Virus record (IMG/VR): IMGVR_UViG_2929656146_000003
Location: 14,215-78,214 of that record
Length of the DNA stretch: 64,000 nt
Source of the DNA: a virus
Lineage: Duplodnaviria; Caudoviricetes
Direction: 5' to 3' (one strand)
Part shown: positions 19,876 through 30,265 of the stretch, in pieces
Layout: each line of letters opens with the position of its first letter
Numbering within the stretch: position 1 is the first letter of the stretch
Program-made: the position numbers and the translations under genes
The notes under the pieces: generated by a model
Told to the model about the DNA's origin: nothing
What the model saw: only the letters and a program-made list of their open reading frames with translations
The model's database searches: none

Positions 19876-20667
19876 ATGACGGGTACTACGCTTGCCTGCG
19901 AGAACTGCGGAACCAACTATGTCCGCAGGCCCAGCGGAGCTGGAAAGTACTGCTCTCACCCCTGCTACATCGCAGCGAAGAAGAGAACGGCCACGGCGAA
20001 GTGCGGGCAGTGCCGGAAGGACTTCACACACAAGGCGCGCCTGTCGCCCAAGTTCTGCTCGCGGGCCTGCGCAGCCAACAGCTACAGGAAGACCGAGACC
20101 AGGAACTGCGCCTACTGCGCTGCGGCCTTTTCGAGGGTCCCTACTGCGATCGGGAAGTACTGCTCCGACACCTGCAAATACGCAGCCCGACGCAAGGACA
20201 ACCCTGCAGTCCGGCGCATGAGGTATGCGCCGGGACATCCGCTTGTCTTGACTGCGCCATATGTCCCTGAACACCGGGCGGTCCTCTTCGAGAAGATCGG
20301 ACCCGGGCCTCACCCATGCCACCATTGCGGGGACTCGGTGGAATGGACGCCTGGTGGTCGAACCGGGCAAGGGGTGCTCGTAGTCGACCACCTTGACCGC
20401 AACCCGATGAACAACAGCTCTGACAACCTCGTGCCGTCCTGCTCGCGGTGCAACGTGCTCAACGCAGATCGCGCGGTGACTGACGGGGAGAGCTACCGAA
20501 ACGTGGGCGGGCGGAGGACCCGGCTTCGCGGCCTCCCACGGAACTGTGAGTACTGCGGCCAGGGGTTCGTGACGTGGACGATGAATCCTGGCGAGGGGAA
20601 GGGCCGGTTCTGTTCGCGGTCGTGTGCTCGCCGGAAGCCGATGGCGGATGGGCCGGGCGCAACATAG
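19876..20667 (+). CDS. HNH homing endonuclease with CxxC/CSxxC zinc-finger repeats
   Basis: 'PEHRAV...VDHLDRNPMNNSSDNLVPSCSRCN' HNH core plus four CxxC..KY/FCS..C units; antisense to neighbours; TATAAT at 19863-19868. Confidence 0.9.
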   Translation: MTGTTLACENCGTNYVRRPSGAGKYCSHPCYIAAKKRTATAKCGQCRKDFTHKARLSPKFCSRACAANSYRKTETRNCAYCAAAFSRVPTAIGKYCSDTCKYAARRKDNPAVRRMRYAPGHPLVLTAPYVPEHRAVLFEKIGPGPHPCHHCGDSVEWTPGGRTGQGVLVVDHLDRNPMNNSSDNLVPSCSRCNVLNADRAVTDGESYRNVGGRRTRLRGLPRNCEYCGQGFVTWTMNPGEGKGRFCSRSCARRKPMADGPGAT

Positions 20668-20769
20668 GTCGGGCATGGCCCCTCCTCGGCAGGTAGTACG
20701 GTGCCGGGTGGAGGGACCCGGGTGGCTTGGTCTATCGGAGCACAACCGGGTTCGGGTCCTGGAAACGCC

Positions 20770-20798
20770 GAAGCCCCGCCCGGTGAAGGGGGGGCTTC
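20770..20798. terminator. Hairpin, probable terminator
   Basis: GAAGCCCC...GGGGCTTC inverted repeat between convergent HNH and DUF6221-like genes. Confidence 0.55.
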
Positions 20799-20813
20799 AT
20801 GGACTGGGCGCGG

Positions 20814-21107
20814 TCAGGCGTCGGGCGCCCACTCGGGCTGGTAGTTGGGGTGGTCGCGGTACGGCATGGCGAGGATAGCCAGTGTCTGGTTCGCGAGCCA
20901 GTGACCGTGGTCCTCGTAGGCGAGGACGTGGTTGCAGGTTGCGATGATGCGCCGCTTGGCGTCGACCTCGGCCAGCACCCGTAGGTGGTGACCTGGGGCG
21001 CCCGGTTCGTTGTACTCGGAGTACCCGTTGTCCCCCCACGGGCCCTGTGCGAACTGCTCGTCCTCGTCGAGGCGGGCGTTCATGAACGCCACGAGGTCAG
21101 CACTCAC
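20814..21107 (-). CDS. DUF6221-like protein
   Basis: 'DLVAFMNARLDEDE...RVLAEVDAKRRII...LAMPYRDHPNYQPEWAP'. Confidence 0.8.
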   Translation of the reverse strand: MSADLVAFMNARLDEDEQFAQGPWGDNGYSEYNEPGAPGHHLRVLAEVDAKRRIIATCNHVLAYEDHGHWLANQTLAILAMPYRDHPNYQPEWAPDA

Positions 21108-21944
21108 AGCCCCAGCTCCCCATACGGGTAGTCGTACGGGCGAAGCGCCTCGGTGAGCGCCTCGTGCAGAGTGGGCTGTGGCAGGGTAGCGCTGATCTCG
21201 GGGTTGAGTTCCTTGACGATGGCTTCGCCGAGGGACCTCAGCAGGTCGGCCTTCATCCACTCCTGGTACTGCTGGTCCTGATGCCACAGCTCAACGCTGG
21301 CGAAGGTCTGTGCCTGAAGCCGCTTGCCGTTGACCTCGACGACGGTCCTGAGGGCCACCATGTCGGGCGGGGTCGTACTTCCGTCAGTCATCGGGGGAAC
21401 ACGTCCGGCAGCACTGGAGCGAACTGCAGGCTGGCCTGCCGGAGTGGCTCCATGGCGGCGGCCAGGTCACGCAGGGCCTTCGCGGCGACGAGTTGCAGCG
21501 GCGTGGGATTGGGTGCGGGGTGGTGGTGTCGGCCGAGTTGGCGGAGGGTCCGGTCGGTGCTGGGGTACGGGCGGTGGCTCATGCGGTCACCGTCGCTACT
21601 CCATGGCAAGGTCCACACATGGGCACGTCTACCCGGCCTGTTATCTCCGAGTACCTCGGCACCGTCAGGCCCGGTACCGCCTGTCCGGTGCAGGTCACGT
21701 TGGGCTGATCGCGGTGGAGGTCGCACAGGCAGTGGCATCCGCCGATTCCGGAGAGTGCCTCGTTCTCACGCCGGAGGCGGTCGAGTTCCTCGGGGTGCTG
21801 TTCGAAGTACTCGATGGTGGGGCGGAGGGTTTCGTACGCCTGGGCGATAGTTCCGACCGCGTGATTGAGAACGGGGCGGAGCGCCTGGCTTACGGCGTTG
21901 ATCGCGGCTCGGAGTTCCTGAGGGAAGGGCTGCTCACTGCTCAT
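21104..21944 (-). CDS. Three coupled hypothetical genes (21104-21391, 21388-21582, 21579-21944)
   Basis: Chained ATGA/GTGA overlaps. Confidence 0.6.
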
Positions 21945-22003
21945 GGGTTCATCCTCTCGTGGGAGGCCCGCCCGTGGTGAGAACTGGGCGAGCCCCTCTT
22001 CTA

Positions 22004-23974
22004 TCACTCCTCGGCACCGGGCAGGTAGAACTGCTCGGCCTTGCCGGCCTTGCGTGACTGCACACCGTGGGTCTTCCACAGGTCGAGGGCCCGGCGGACG
22101 GTGTCCCGGCTACCGAACGGCCCCTCTTCGACCAGGCGTTCCTTCGTGGCGTAGCCCTCCTCCTCGCATAGCTGAAGGAAGACCCGGTACAGGTCGATCC
22201 ACTCGTCTCGACCGACCATGGTGCCGTCCGGGTAGACGGGCGGCGGCGGACCAACCGGCCGGGCCGGGGCGGGCTTGAACAGGGACGCCTGAACTCCGCC
22301 CCCGACGGGCCGGGTCTGCGCCGGGGCGGCGGCGTGCAGGTGCGCCACATCTGCGGCGATGTCCAGGTCCGTCACATACTCGGCCCGGCACTTCGGCGGA
22401 TCCGTCAACGGCATCTCCGGGCAGCCGATGTAGAACTCGCCTGGTCGGGTGAGCTTCTCCGGCGTGAAGCCGTTGCTCTTGCAGCCCTGCCCGAAGATGA
22501 ACACGCTGTGCCCGGCCTCGCCGACCCTGGTCGAGATGCGGTTCGCGTAGTTACCGCGGGCGTCGCTGGACCCGCCGAACACCTTCGCGGACGGCTGCTG
22601 CGTCGCGGACAGGAACATGATCCCCATCGAGCGGGCGATCGCCAGGGCGGACTCGTATGTCGTCGCGATGTCCTGCTCGGGCGGGCCCATCTCCGGGTCC
22701 AGCTTGCGGAGCTCCGCCTCCTGCTTGCGGAGTTCCTCGTCCTGCCGGATCAGCTCGGCGAGTTCGTCGGTCACGACGATCCATGCCGGGCCGTGGACGC
22801 CGGGGATCCACTTGCGGACGGGCTCGCGGCCGGCAGCCATCTCCCTCTTCGACAGCTCCTCCAGGTAGGCGCCACGGCGGTCGCACTCCGCGCGGATGTA
22901 CTGCAGGAGCTCGCGGGCCTCCTCGGCGGTTCGGGCGAGCCTGCGCATCTTCGGCTCCCACGGGCCGAGTTCCACGGCGCCAGGCTTCATATCGATGCCG
23001 AACAGCTCGACGTGCTTCTTCTTCAGCAGCTTCTTGATGATCAGGTTGATGATGCCGGACTTGCCCCAGTCCGATGCGCCGGCGACGAGGGTGTGCCGGT
23101 ACATGACGGTCAGCAGGACGGGCTGCCCGTACTCGGTCCAGCCGAGCCGGATCGGCTTGGTGATGTCGTCGGAGTCGTCGTCGGCGTACGGGATGACGCG
23201 GTCGTGGAACGGGCCGCCCGGGCCCCGGGGCGTCGACTGCTCTTCGGTGCTGCTGGACGCGGAGGCCTTCAGGGCGGCCTGGCCCCCCTGGTGCAGCTGG
23301 ACGTCGACGGAGGCGTTGGCCTTCGCCGTGGCGCTGGCTTTCCCCGGCAGCGCCTTGTGGTCCTTGCGGTGCTGGATCAGCCACGGCACGTACACCGCGT
23401 ACGCGGCGCCGGTGGTGACCGCTGCGGCGGTGAGGGAGACACCGCCAGGGCCGGTGCCGACAGCGGTGGCGACGTCGGCGAAGGTGAGCGTCAGGCCGGC
23501 TCCGGCCCGTGTCAGCATCTCGTCCTTCTTCTCTACCCCGGCGGCGGTGACCGCTGCACCCAGGACGGCAAGGCCGGCGTACGCGGCGGTTCCCCAGCCT
23601 CCGACACCGGCGAGGTACTGCCACCAGCCGAGACCGGTGACGGCGCCGACGGTCATGGCGGGGGCGAGCTCGACGCGGTACCGGATGACGAGGGCGCTGG
23701 CCTGGTTGGCGACGGCCACGCAGGCGGCGAGGAACCGCCTGGGCAGGGCTGGCCGGGTCTTCTGGACGACGTAGACGGAGCCCTCGACCACCGCCGTCGC
23801 GGGTGACGACGAGGCCCCAGTGGACTCGTCGTTTCCTGTTTCCGCAGGTCGCGGCTCTGCGATGGTCGTCGTCATCGGCATCGTCGGCGTGATCGTCGCG
23901 TTGTCCTGCCGCTGGGGTCGGGGGAGGAAGGGGAGGATCTGAGCCCCGTCGGCCGGGGGCAGGTACTGGGCCAC
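22004..23974 (-). CDS. traB: TraB-like FtsK/SpoIIIE conjugative DNA translocase
   Basis: N-terminal TM helices, Walker A 'AGASDWGKS', 'IDMKPGAVEL', Walker B 'VVTDELAEL', 'ARSMGI...ATQQP', short C-terminal wHTH-like domain; GAGGAG RBS before GTG. Confidence 0.85.
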   Translation of the reverse strand: MAQYLPPADGAQILPFLPRPQRQDNATITPTMPMTTTIAEPRPAETGNDESTGASSSPATAVVEGSVYVVQKTRPALPRRFLAACVAVANQASALVIRYRVELAPAMTVGAVTGLGWWQYLAGVGGWGTAAYAGLAVLGAAVTAAGVEKKDEMLTRAGAGLTLTFADVATAVGTGPGGVSLTAAAVTTGAAYAVYVPWLIQHRKDHKALPGKASATAKANASVDVQLHQGGQAALKASASSSTEEQSTPRGPGGPFHDRVIPYADDDSDDITKPIRLGWTEYGQPVLLTVMYRHTLVAGASDWGKSGIINLIIKKLLKKKHVELFGIDMKPGAVELGPWEPKMRRLARTAEEARELLQYIRAECDRRGAYLEELSKREMAAGREPVRKWIPGVHGPAWIVVTDELAELIRQDEELRKQEAELRKLDPEMGPPEQDIATTYESALAIARSMGIMFLSATQQPSAKVFGGSSDARGNYANRISTRVGEAGHSVFIFGQGCKSNGFTPEKLTRPGEFYIGCPEMPLTDPPKCRAEYVTDLDIAADVAHLHAAAPAQTRPVGGGVQASLFKPAPARPVGPPPPVYPDGTMVGRDEWIDLYRVFLQLCEEEGYATKERLVEEGPFGSRDTVRRALDLWKTHGVQSRKAGKAEQFYLPGAEE

Positions 23975-24067
23975 GAGGGGCTCCTCTCGGTACTGGGATG
24001 GGGTGGTCTGAGTGCTCGCGGCGGCCGCCCAACCGCAGGGGTTGGGCGTCACCGGCAGGCCGTCAGA

Positions 24068-25435
24068 TCAGCCGTCCGTCCCGGTGATCGGCCGGACGTT
24101 GTCGGACCCGAGCGCGGCAAGCTCGGGGTGCTCTCGCTCGATCTCCAGCCGGCGAGCGTTCGCGAACTGGCGGGACTTGGGGAGCTTCGCGGCCTTCAGG
24201 GCGGCCACCATCTCGGACTCCAGGGGGCGCCTTCCAAGGTCGGCGTAGAGCGCCTTGATGGCGTCTCGTGCGGCGTCCCGTGGCGCCGCCGTGGGGCGCC
24301 CTGAAGTGGTGGGCCGGGGCGCCTTCGTGGCGCTACGAGGGCGGGCGACGGGGCGCTTCTGGGGCGCTTCAGAAGCGGCATTGGTGGCGCTCTGACGGGC
24401 GCTGTCATAGCGCTCTCGGGGCGCCATAGCGTCGACTGCCGTGGCGCTCTGAGGGCGCTTCACAAGGTCGACGGTGGCGTCATGCGTGGCGCTCCCGTGG
24501 CGCCCCGAAGCCGCTGCCTGAGGCGCTTCCGTGGCGGGTGCGAGGGCGCTTTCGATGGCGCCCCGAATCACTGGTTGGGGCGCCACGATGCCGGACGCCA
24601 TGGCGCTTTCGGGGCGCTCTACGTAGATAGGCGGGAGCGCTTCCGTGGCGCCTTCATGGCAGTCGACGGTGGCGTCCTGAGGCGCCTCGATGGCGGCCTG
24701 TCCGTAGGCCTCGTGCAGCGCTGCGCCGATCGGCTTGCCAAGCTTGGCGAGCCTGATGGCGAGCTGCTCGGGCTTGGTGGCCTGCCTCTTCCATCCGCGT
24801 CCGTAGCGGATCCTGAGCGTGGTGCGGAAGACCTTCGACTCCTGTTCCATCAGGATCACTTCGGTGTAGGAGCGGATGTTCCACATGCGCATGCGGCGCC
24901 ACACGCGGTAGGTCGGCCACGGGGCGAGGAACCAGCGGGGCAGCGGCGGGTTCTCGTAGTAGGCGCCGCTGCTGATCTTCGCCATCCGGCCCACGGCGTG
25001 CCTGCCAGCCTCGACGATGAGGACGAACAGGATGGGCATGGTGGCGTGCATGCCTACGGCGATTTCGTCACCCCAGGAAGCGGCGACGTTGAAGGCGATC
25101 GTGGCGCCGGTGAGACCCCAGGCCGCGTAGCGCAGTAGGGGGAACGGCATGCGGAAGAAGGTGAGGAGGAGGTCAAGGGCAAGGAGGGTACCGATGCCGA
25201 CGTCGACGCCGAGGGGGAAGACGCGGGCGAAGTCGCCGAAGTCCTTCTTGATGGCGAGCCTGACAACGGCGTTGTAGGAGCCTGCGAAGCCGATGCCAGC
25301 GATGGAGATGGCGCCGGCAACGATGGCGCCGATGGTGGCTTTCTGCGGCTTGGTGAGCTCGCGCTTGGTGCGGGCGTCGAGGCCCAGCGCGGGAGTGGTG
25401 GTGAGCTCAGTCTCGGTGTTTGCGATCGGGTTCAC
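24068..25435 (-). CDS. DUF2637 membrane protein (Spd-like spread protein)
   Basis: Four TM segments 'GFAGSYNAV...FPLGVDVGI...TIAFNVAA...MHATMPILF..VEAGRH', low-complexity linker, C-terminal HTH-like end. Confidence 0.8.
   Translation of the reverse strand: MNPIANTETELTTTPALGLDARTKRELTKPQKATIGAIVAGAISIAGIGFAGSYNAVVRLAIKKDFGDFARVFPLGVDVGIGTLLALDLLLTFFRMPFPLLRYAAWGLTGATIAFNVAASWGDEIAVGMHATMPILFVLIVEAGRHAVGRMAKISSGAYYENPPLPRWFLAPWPTYRVWRRMRMWNIRSYTEVILMEQESKVFRTTLRIRYGRGWKRQATKPEQLAIRLAKLGKPIGAALHEAYGQAAIEAPQDATVDCHEGATEALPPIYVERPESAMASGIVAPQPVIRGAIESALAPATEAPQAAASGRHGSATHDATVDLVKRPQSATAVDAMAPRERYDSARQSATNAASEAPQKRPVARPRSATKAPRPTTSGRPTAAPRDAARDAIKALYADLGRRPLESEMVAALKAAKLPKSRQFANARRLEIEREHPELAALGSDNVRPITGTDG
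24224..24690 (+). repeat. Dense oriented array of GGCGCY motifs (candidate clt/TraB recognition locus)
   Basis: About 22 GGCGC(C/T) copies counted by eye in about 460 bp, often 10-12 bp apart, falling in more than one reading frame of the DUF2637 ORF. Confidence 0.6.
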
Positions 25436-25454
25436 GTCTGGGCTCCTTCCTGGG

Positions 25455-25790
25455 TTAGCGAGTGGTCGGTGAGTGGTTGGGGGCGATGTGGTGGGCGCTG
25501 GTGGTGAGTACCCACAGTGCTGCGGTGGCGAGCGCGCGGAGTGTGGCGGCGAGGGTAAGGAGGCTGCCGGCCGCGATCGCGCGGAGGGTGTGGTGGTGGC
25601 CGGCGATGAGCTGCGGAAGGTCGAGGCGCAGGGCGGTGCCCGCGAGGGCGAGCACCGCGTACTGGGCGAGGATCGCGGTGGTGACTGCGGCGAGGGCGGG
25701 GGCGGGGAGCAGGGTGGCGGCGAGCACCGCGAGCGCTAGGGCGGTGGTGGTGAGGGCCTGCTGCTCGGCCGGGGCGGCGGTGCGGGCCAC
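25455..25790 (-). CDS. Hydrophobic membrane protein (Spd-like)
   Basis: 111 aa Ala/Leu-rich; GAGAGGAG RBS; in transfer operon. Confidence 0.6.
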   Translation of the reverse strand: MARTAAPAEQQALTTTALALAVLAATLLPAPALAAVTTAILAQYAVLALAGTALRLDLPQLIAGHHHTLRAIAAGSLLTLAATLRALATAALWVLTTSAHHIAPNHSPTTR

Positions 25791-25836
25791 GACGGTCTCC
25801 TCTCTGGGTTAGGCGGGTGGGTCCGGGGCTCGGCTC

Positions 25837-26067
25837 CTACTTCGGGGTGACGACGAGGTCGAGCACGTTCCCGGGCACCTTCAGCAGGGTGGCGAGGTCG
25901 GCAGCGAGCGAGCCCAGGGTGTGCGGGATGTCGACCCTGGTGACGATCTGCTTCTGGTTGATGCCGGTGCCTGCGCTGTCGCGCAGCTCGGTGATGAGGG
26001 TGACGGCGTAGTTGCCCGGCGGAACCTGGGTACCGGCTCCGTTGCGGCTGATCGACATGGTGGTCAT
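25837..26067 (-). CDS. Hypothetical protein
   Basis: 76 aa; GAAAGGA RBS. Confidence 0.6.
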   Translation of the reverse strand: MTTMSISRNGAGTQVPPGNYAVTLITELRDSAGTGINQKQIVTRVDIPHTLGSLAADLATLLKVPGNVLDLVVTPK

Positions 26068-26082
26068 GGCGTGGTCGTCCTT

Positions 26083-26616
26083 TCAGGTGGTGGCTGCGGT
26101 GCGCAGCAGGTTGTGGATGTCGGCCTTCGTGCGGCCGGGCTCGTCGTTCCAGGTGTCGACCGGGATCGGGTGGCCGGCGCGGCCGAGGGCGTTGCCGATG
26201 AGGAGGCGGGCTTGCCAGGCGGTGGCGGGGGTGCCGTATCCGTGGGCGAGGACCTGGAGGTGGGCGCCGAGGACGCACACGGCGCCGGTGGCGTCCCAGA
26301 GGCCGCCCTGGGTCCAGCCGTGCTGGGTGATGTAGCGGTCCATCAGCTGCAGGTGCTCTCTCGCGGTGACTTGGATGGTGGGAGCCGGGCGACGGAGGAT
26401 CCGGTCGGTGAGGGTGCGGGCGGGTTGGGGGTGGCCGGCCCACCAGGGCGGGGTGGTGCTGCCGTGGGCCGGGATGTGCACCGTTGGGGCGGTGCGCAGC
26501 GGGGTGGGTCCGCCGGTGGGGATGACGGTTTTGAGGTAGGCCTCGATCTCGGCGACCAGGAGGGGGCCGTACAGGTCCACGTCCAGGTCGAGCGGGGTGG
26601 TGATGGTGGCGGGCAT
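26083..26616 (-). CDS. DUF6197-like protein
   Basis: 'HGWTQG...GAVCVLGA...WNDEPGRT..DI..LL' motif. Confidence 0.65.
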   Translation of the reverse strand: MPATITTPLDLDVDLYGPLLVAEIEAYLKTVIPTGGPTPLRTAPTVHIPAHGSTTPPWWAGHPQPARTLTDRILRRPAPTIQVTAREHLQLMDRYITQHGWTQGGLWDATGAVCVLGAHLQVLAHGYGTPATAWQARLLIGNALGRAGHPIPVDTWNDEPGRTKADIHNLLRTAATT

Positions 26617-26704
26617 CTTGGGGGTTCTCCTCTCCTGGTCAGCGAGCGTGCGATGGGTGCGGTCCGTGCGAGTGATGCGATACCGTGCACGGCCCGCCGG
26701 GAGG

Positions 26705-26920
26705 TCAGGCCCGGTGCCGGCCGCATCGCGACAGTGCGGCCGAGCCGTAGCCGACGCCGGAGGTGACGACGCACAGGCAGGCATCGCAGACGGCTCCGGG
26801 GATGGGCAGGCTCTCGGTGGCGTGCGCGACCCGCATCGGCTGGCCGCAGCAGGTGAGGTTGTCGTAGGCCTCGGGGGTGAGTGATGCGCCGTCGGCGAGC
26901 TGCGTGAGTGGGGTGGCTAT
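26705..26920 (-). pseudogene. Cys-rich small ORF beginning with ATA (mutated or non-canonical start)
   Basis: GGAGG RBS, in-frame TGA, GCC, then ATA opening 71 codons with 'CCGQPM...CDAC'. Confidence 0.5.
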
Positions 26921-26923
26921 GGC

Positions 26924-29900
26924 TCAGTCCTCCAGGTCGGTGGGGTACTCGCCGAGGCGGGCGGTCTCGGCGAGCGAGCGGTGTTCTTGTGCCTGTGCGA
27001 GGCACTCGGTCCGGCCGGGGCCGTCGGCCTGGGCGGCGAGAAGCTTCAGGGCCGCGGCTTCCCTCAGGTGGTGGGCCACTGCGGCGGCGCGTTTCATGTC
27101 GATGTCCCCCTGCTCCGGTGCGGTGTGTGTGAGGGTGCGGGCCTTGGCGTGGGCTAGAGCGCGGCGCGCAGGTCTGCGAGGGCCTGGTCGGCGGCCCGCT
27201 GGCTGGGGGTCAGGATGCTGCGCGCGGCGCCGTGGATCGTGGCGGGCAGCAGGGCGCGGATGTCGCGCTCGTTGACGCCGGCTGCGATCGCGGCCTTGTA
27301 GGCCTCGCAGGCGTCGGCGACGGACTGGCTGTAGGTGGCGTCGGCCGCGGCGTCGGCCCGGTAGGCGGACTCGCTGCGGGCGACAGCGTCGACAACGGTT
27401 CGGATGAGGTGCTGCTGGCTGGCCATGGTTCCTCCTGGGAGTGAGGCGGCGGGCTGGGCGCGGGGCTCTCCTGGTCGGCGTTCAGGCCGCGCGGAGCAGC
27501 TCGCGGGTGGCCGGGTACATGTCGAGCTGCGCGGCCAGGTAGCGCTGGGCGACGTCGTCCTGGATGCCGGCGCTGGCGGCTGCGACGCGGTCGTGGAGGT
27601 CGGAGCTGAACCGGGCGGAGAGCTCCTCGTCGTGGCGGTGCTGGTCGGCGCCGGTCCACTGCGGGGTGTCGGTGAGCGGGCCGTGAGCGGACCAGATCTG
27701 CCAGGACGGGGTCTGGCCGGCCATCAGCTGGCCCGTGTAGACGCCCCACTTGGCTTTGCGGTCGAACTGGTAGTCGCCGTGGACGAGGCCCCCGCTTCCG
27801 GAGCTTCCGATCGGGGCGATTGTGTAGTAGGTGACGCCGAGCTTGGCGACGGTGTTGACCCACTGGTCGTGTTCGCGGCGGGCCTCGGCGGCGTAGCGCT
27901 GGCTGCGGGCACTGTCGATGGCGCGGTTGAGGAGCCTCATACTGAGGTTGCCCTTCTTGCTCGTTGGCGGGTGGTGGGGTGTCCGGGGCGGCCGGCTGTG
28001 CTTGGCGGCTGATGGCGGCCGCCCCGGGGGCGGGGCTAGGAAACGTGCTCGGAGGCGTCGGACTTGGCTTGGGCGACTGCGGCATACCAGTTGGCCTGGT
28101 CGTTGAACAGACGCTTGCCGGGATCGCTGGCGTTGTTCCAAGTGCAGGTGCAGAACGCCTCGATGGTGTTGCCGTCGGGGCAGGCTGTCTCGGTGACCAC
28201 CGCGGTGTGCTGACCGTTGCGGAACGCGGCGATGTCACCGCGGCCTGGGTAGATTTCGTGGGGAAGCACTGCTTTGGCCTCCTTGCGGCCAGGTCTGGGC
28301 TGGGTTGCGTGGTCAGGACCAGTGCCAGACCGAGCGGGTGCGGGCCGCCTCTGCGGCGGCTGCGCCGAGTTCGTAGCAGGCCTGCTGCCATGTCGGTGAG
28401 GCGAACGGGGTGAGGGCCTTGAACGCGGCGCCCATGCGCGCGGCCTGGTCGGGCTGGATGTCGAAGGTGTCTCCGCTGCCCCGGTTGAACAGTGGGCTGA
28501 TGGCGGCCCAGTCGCTTCGTGGGGCGATCTGCTTCAGGTACTCGCCGAGTTCGGTGTGCGCACTGTAGGAGCGGGTCCCGCCGGTCTGGTTGTGGTCCCA
28601 GGACCAGCCCATCAGTTCTTCCGAAGCTGTTCGGGCCGGTAGGTGCGCTCTCCGAGTACCGCCTCGACGAGTCGGTTGTCGATGCCCTTCACAGAGACCA
28701 GCTGGCCGACGTCATCGGTCTGGACCTGGACGACGGTGCCGGTGCGGCCGAGGGTCTTGGGGTTCTGCCCGTCGGTGTTGATCACGGTGACGCTGTCACC
28801 CTCACGAACGGCCATCAGGCGGCAGCCCGGTAGACGTCGACGTAGCCAGCGGGCAGGTGGAGCTCCTGCGCGGCGAACGCGAGGACCTCCGCGTCGGTGA
28901 CCGCACCGTACGTGTGGACGGGCTTGAAGACCGGGCCGGCGAACTCGGGGTGCCGGACGATCAGGCGGGCGGGCTCGCCCAGGATCCGGTCGGTGAAGTT
29001 CTTCATGATGTCCCTTCAGAATCAGACGTAGAGGGCGTAGGCGATGCCGCTGAGGATGAGGATCACGAGGATCACTACGGGGATGAGAGCAGCCAGGCGG
29101 TGGGCCTCCTCCCTTGCGCTGTCCTGAGGGGTGATGAGGTATCGGAGGTAGCTGCCATCGCCGTCCATCAGGTTGCCTTTCACGCGGCGGCCGGGTAGCG
29201 GATGGTGTCCGCGCCGAGCCGGTAGAGGAGGGTCGTGGCCAGAGCCTCGGCCTCGTGCTCGGCAGCGTCGATGACGGCGTCGCGTTCGGCGGGGGTGGCG
29301 TCGGGGCGCAGTCGGCCGAGGGCGATCTGCATGCTGGCGATGCCGTCGCGCTGCTCCTGCAAGGTGGCCATCAGACGGTTCCTTTCAGAGTCGGGCGGCG
29401 GCCTCACGGACCGCCTGGACGGTGTCGTACGGGGAGTCCTCCAGCGCGAAGACCTCCGCGCTGGGCAGTGCGGCGAGCATGCGGGCCGCGTGGGTGACGC
29501 ATCCGTTCGCGTTGATGTACGGGTTCCACTGGACGACATGGGCCACGACCGGGCCGTCACACGGGGGTTGTGCCTGCTTGCTGTGGTTCGCGGCGGACTG
29601 GGCGGCGTCGCAGTAGGCGCTCACTCGGTGTCCTCGTCGAACGGTTCGGTGAGGATGTCGATGTACGGGGTTCCGTCTGCGGCGGTCATGAGCGACAGGA
29701 GCTCGATCAGGCCGGCGCTGTTGGGGTCGTCGATGTCGACGGGGACCGGGTCACCGTTGCCGGCCATCAGACGATGTCCAGCGGGGTGCGGACCTGGGTG
29801 GCTTCGAGGTCGGTGATCTCCTGGACCTCCGCCCGGAACTGCTGGGCCAGGGTCTCGCGCAGGCCCTTGTCCTTGGCGGCGAGGAACTGCCTTGCCGTGG

Positions 29901-30265
29901 TCCGGGCCTTCGTTTCGAGGGCGGCGATCTGCTCGTCGAGGGTCACTGCTTGTCCTCCTTCTTGATCGGGTCGATGGGCTTCCGCGGCCGCGGGATCCTG
30001 GGGATGACCGGCCGGTTGTCCCAGTCGGTCACTTCGTGGGCTGCGGGGGGAGGGGCGGGAGGGGCTGGTGGCCGTAGCCGCCGTTCGTGGAGTGGTCGCC
30101 GGCGCCGTCGGCGAAGGCACGGTCGTAGTGCATGGGGTCCTCCTTGCTGGGGGTGATGGTCCGCTGGCCGATCGGGGGAGCCCCGAACGCCGGCGAGGGG
30201 CGGGACGGCTGCGGGCCGGGTTCAATGGGGTCGAGGCCGGGCCAGCCGTTGTGCGGGTCAGGCAT
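26924..30265 (-). CDS. Chain of small hypothetical genes (26924-27097, 27154-27426, 27482-27940, 28036-28269, 28313-28612, 28612-28815, 28815-29006, 29022-29168, 29180-29371, 29385-29624, 29621-29767, 29767-29946, 29943-30032, 30029-30265)
   Basis: Tightly packed; each has an RBS or a start/stop overlap; one operon upstream of the transfer genes. Confidence 0.6.

Noticed and set aside
19843-20676. HNH insert as a group I intron
   Set aside because: The HNH ORF fills nearly the whole insert, leaving no room for a ribozyme core, and the downstream gene has its own RBS and ATG.
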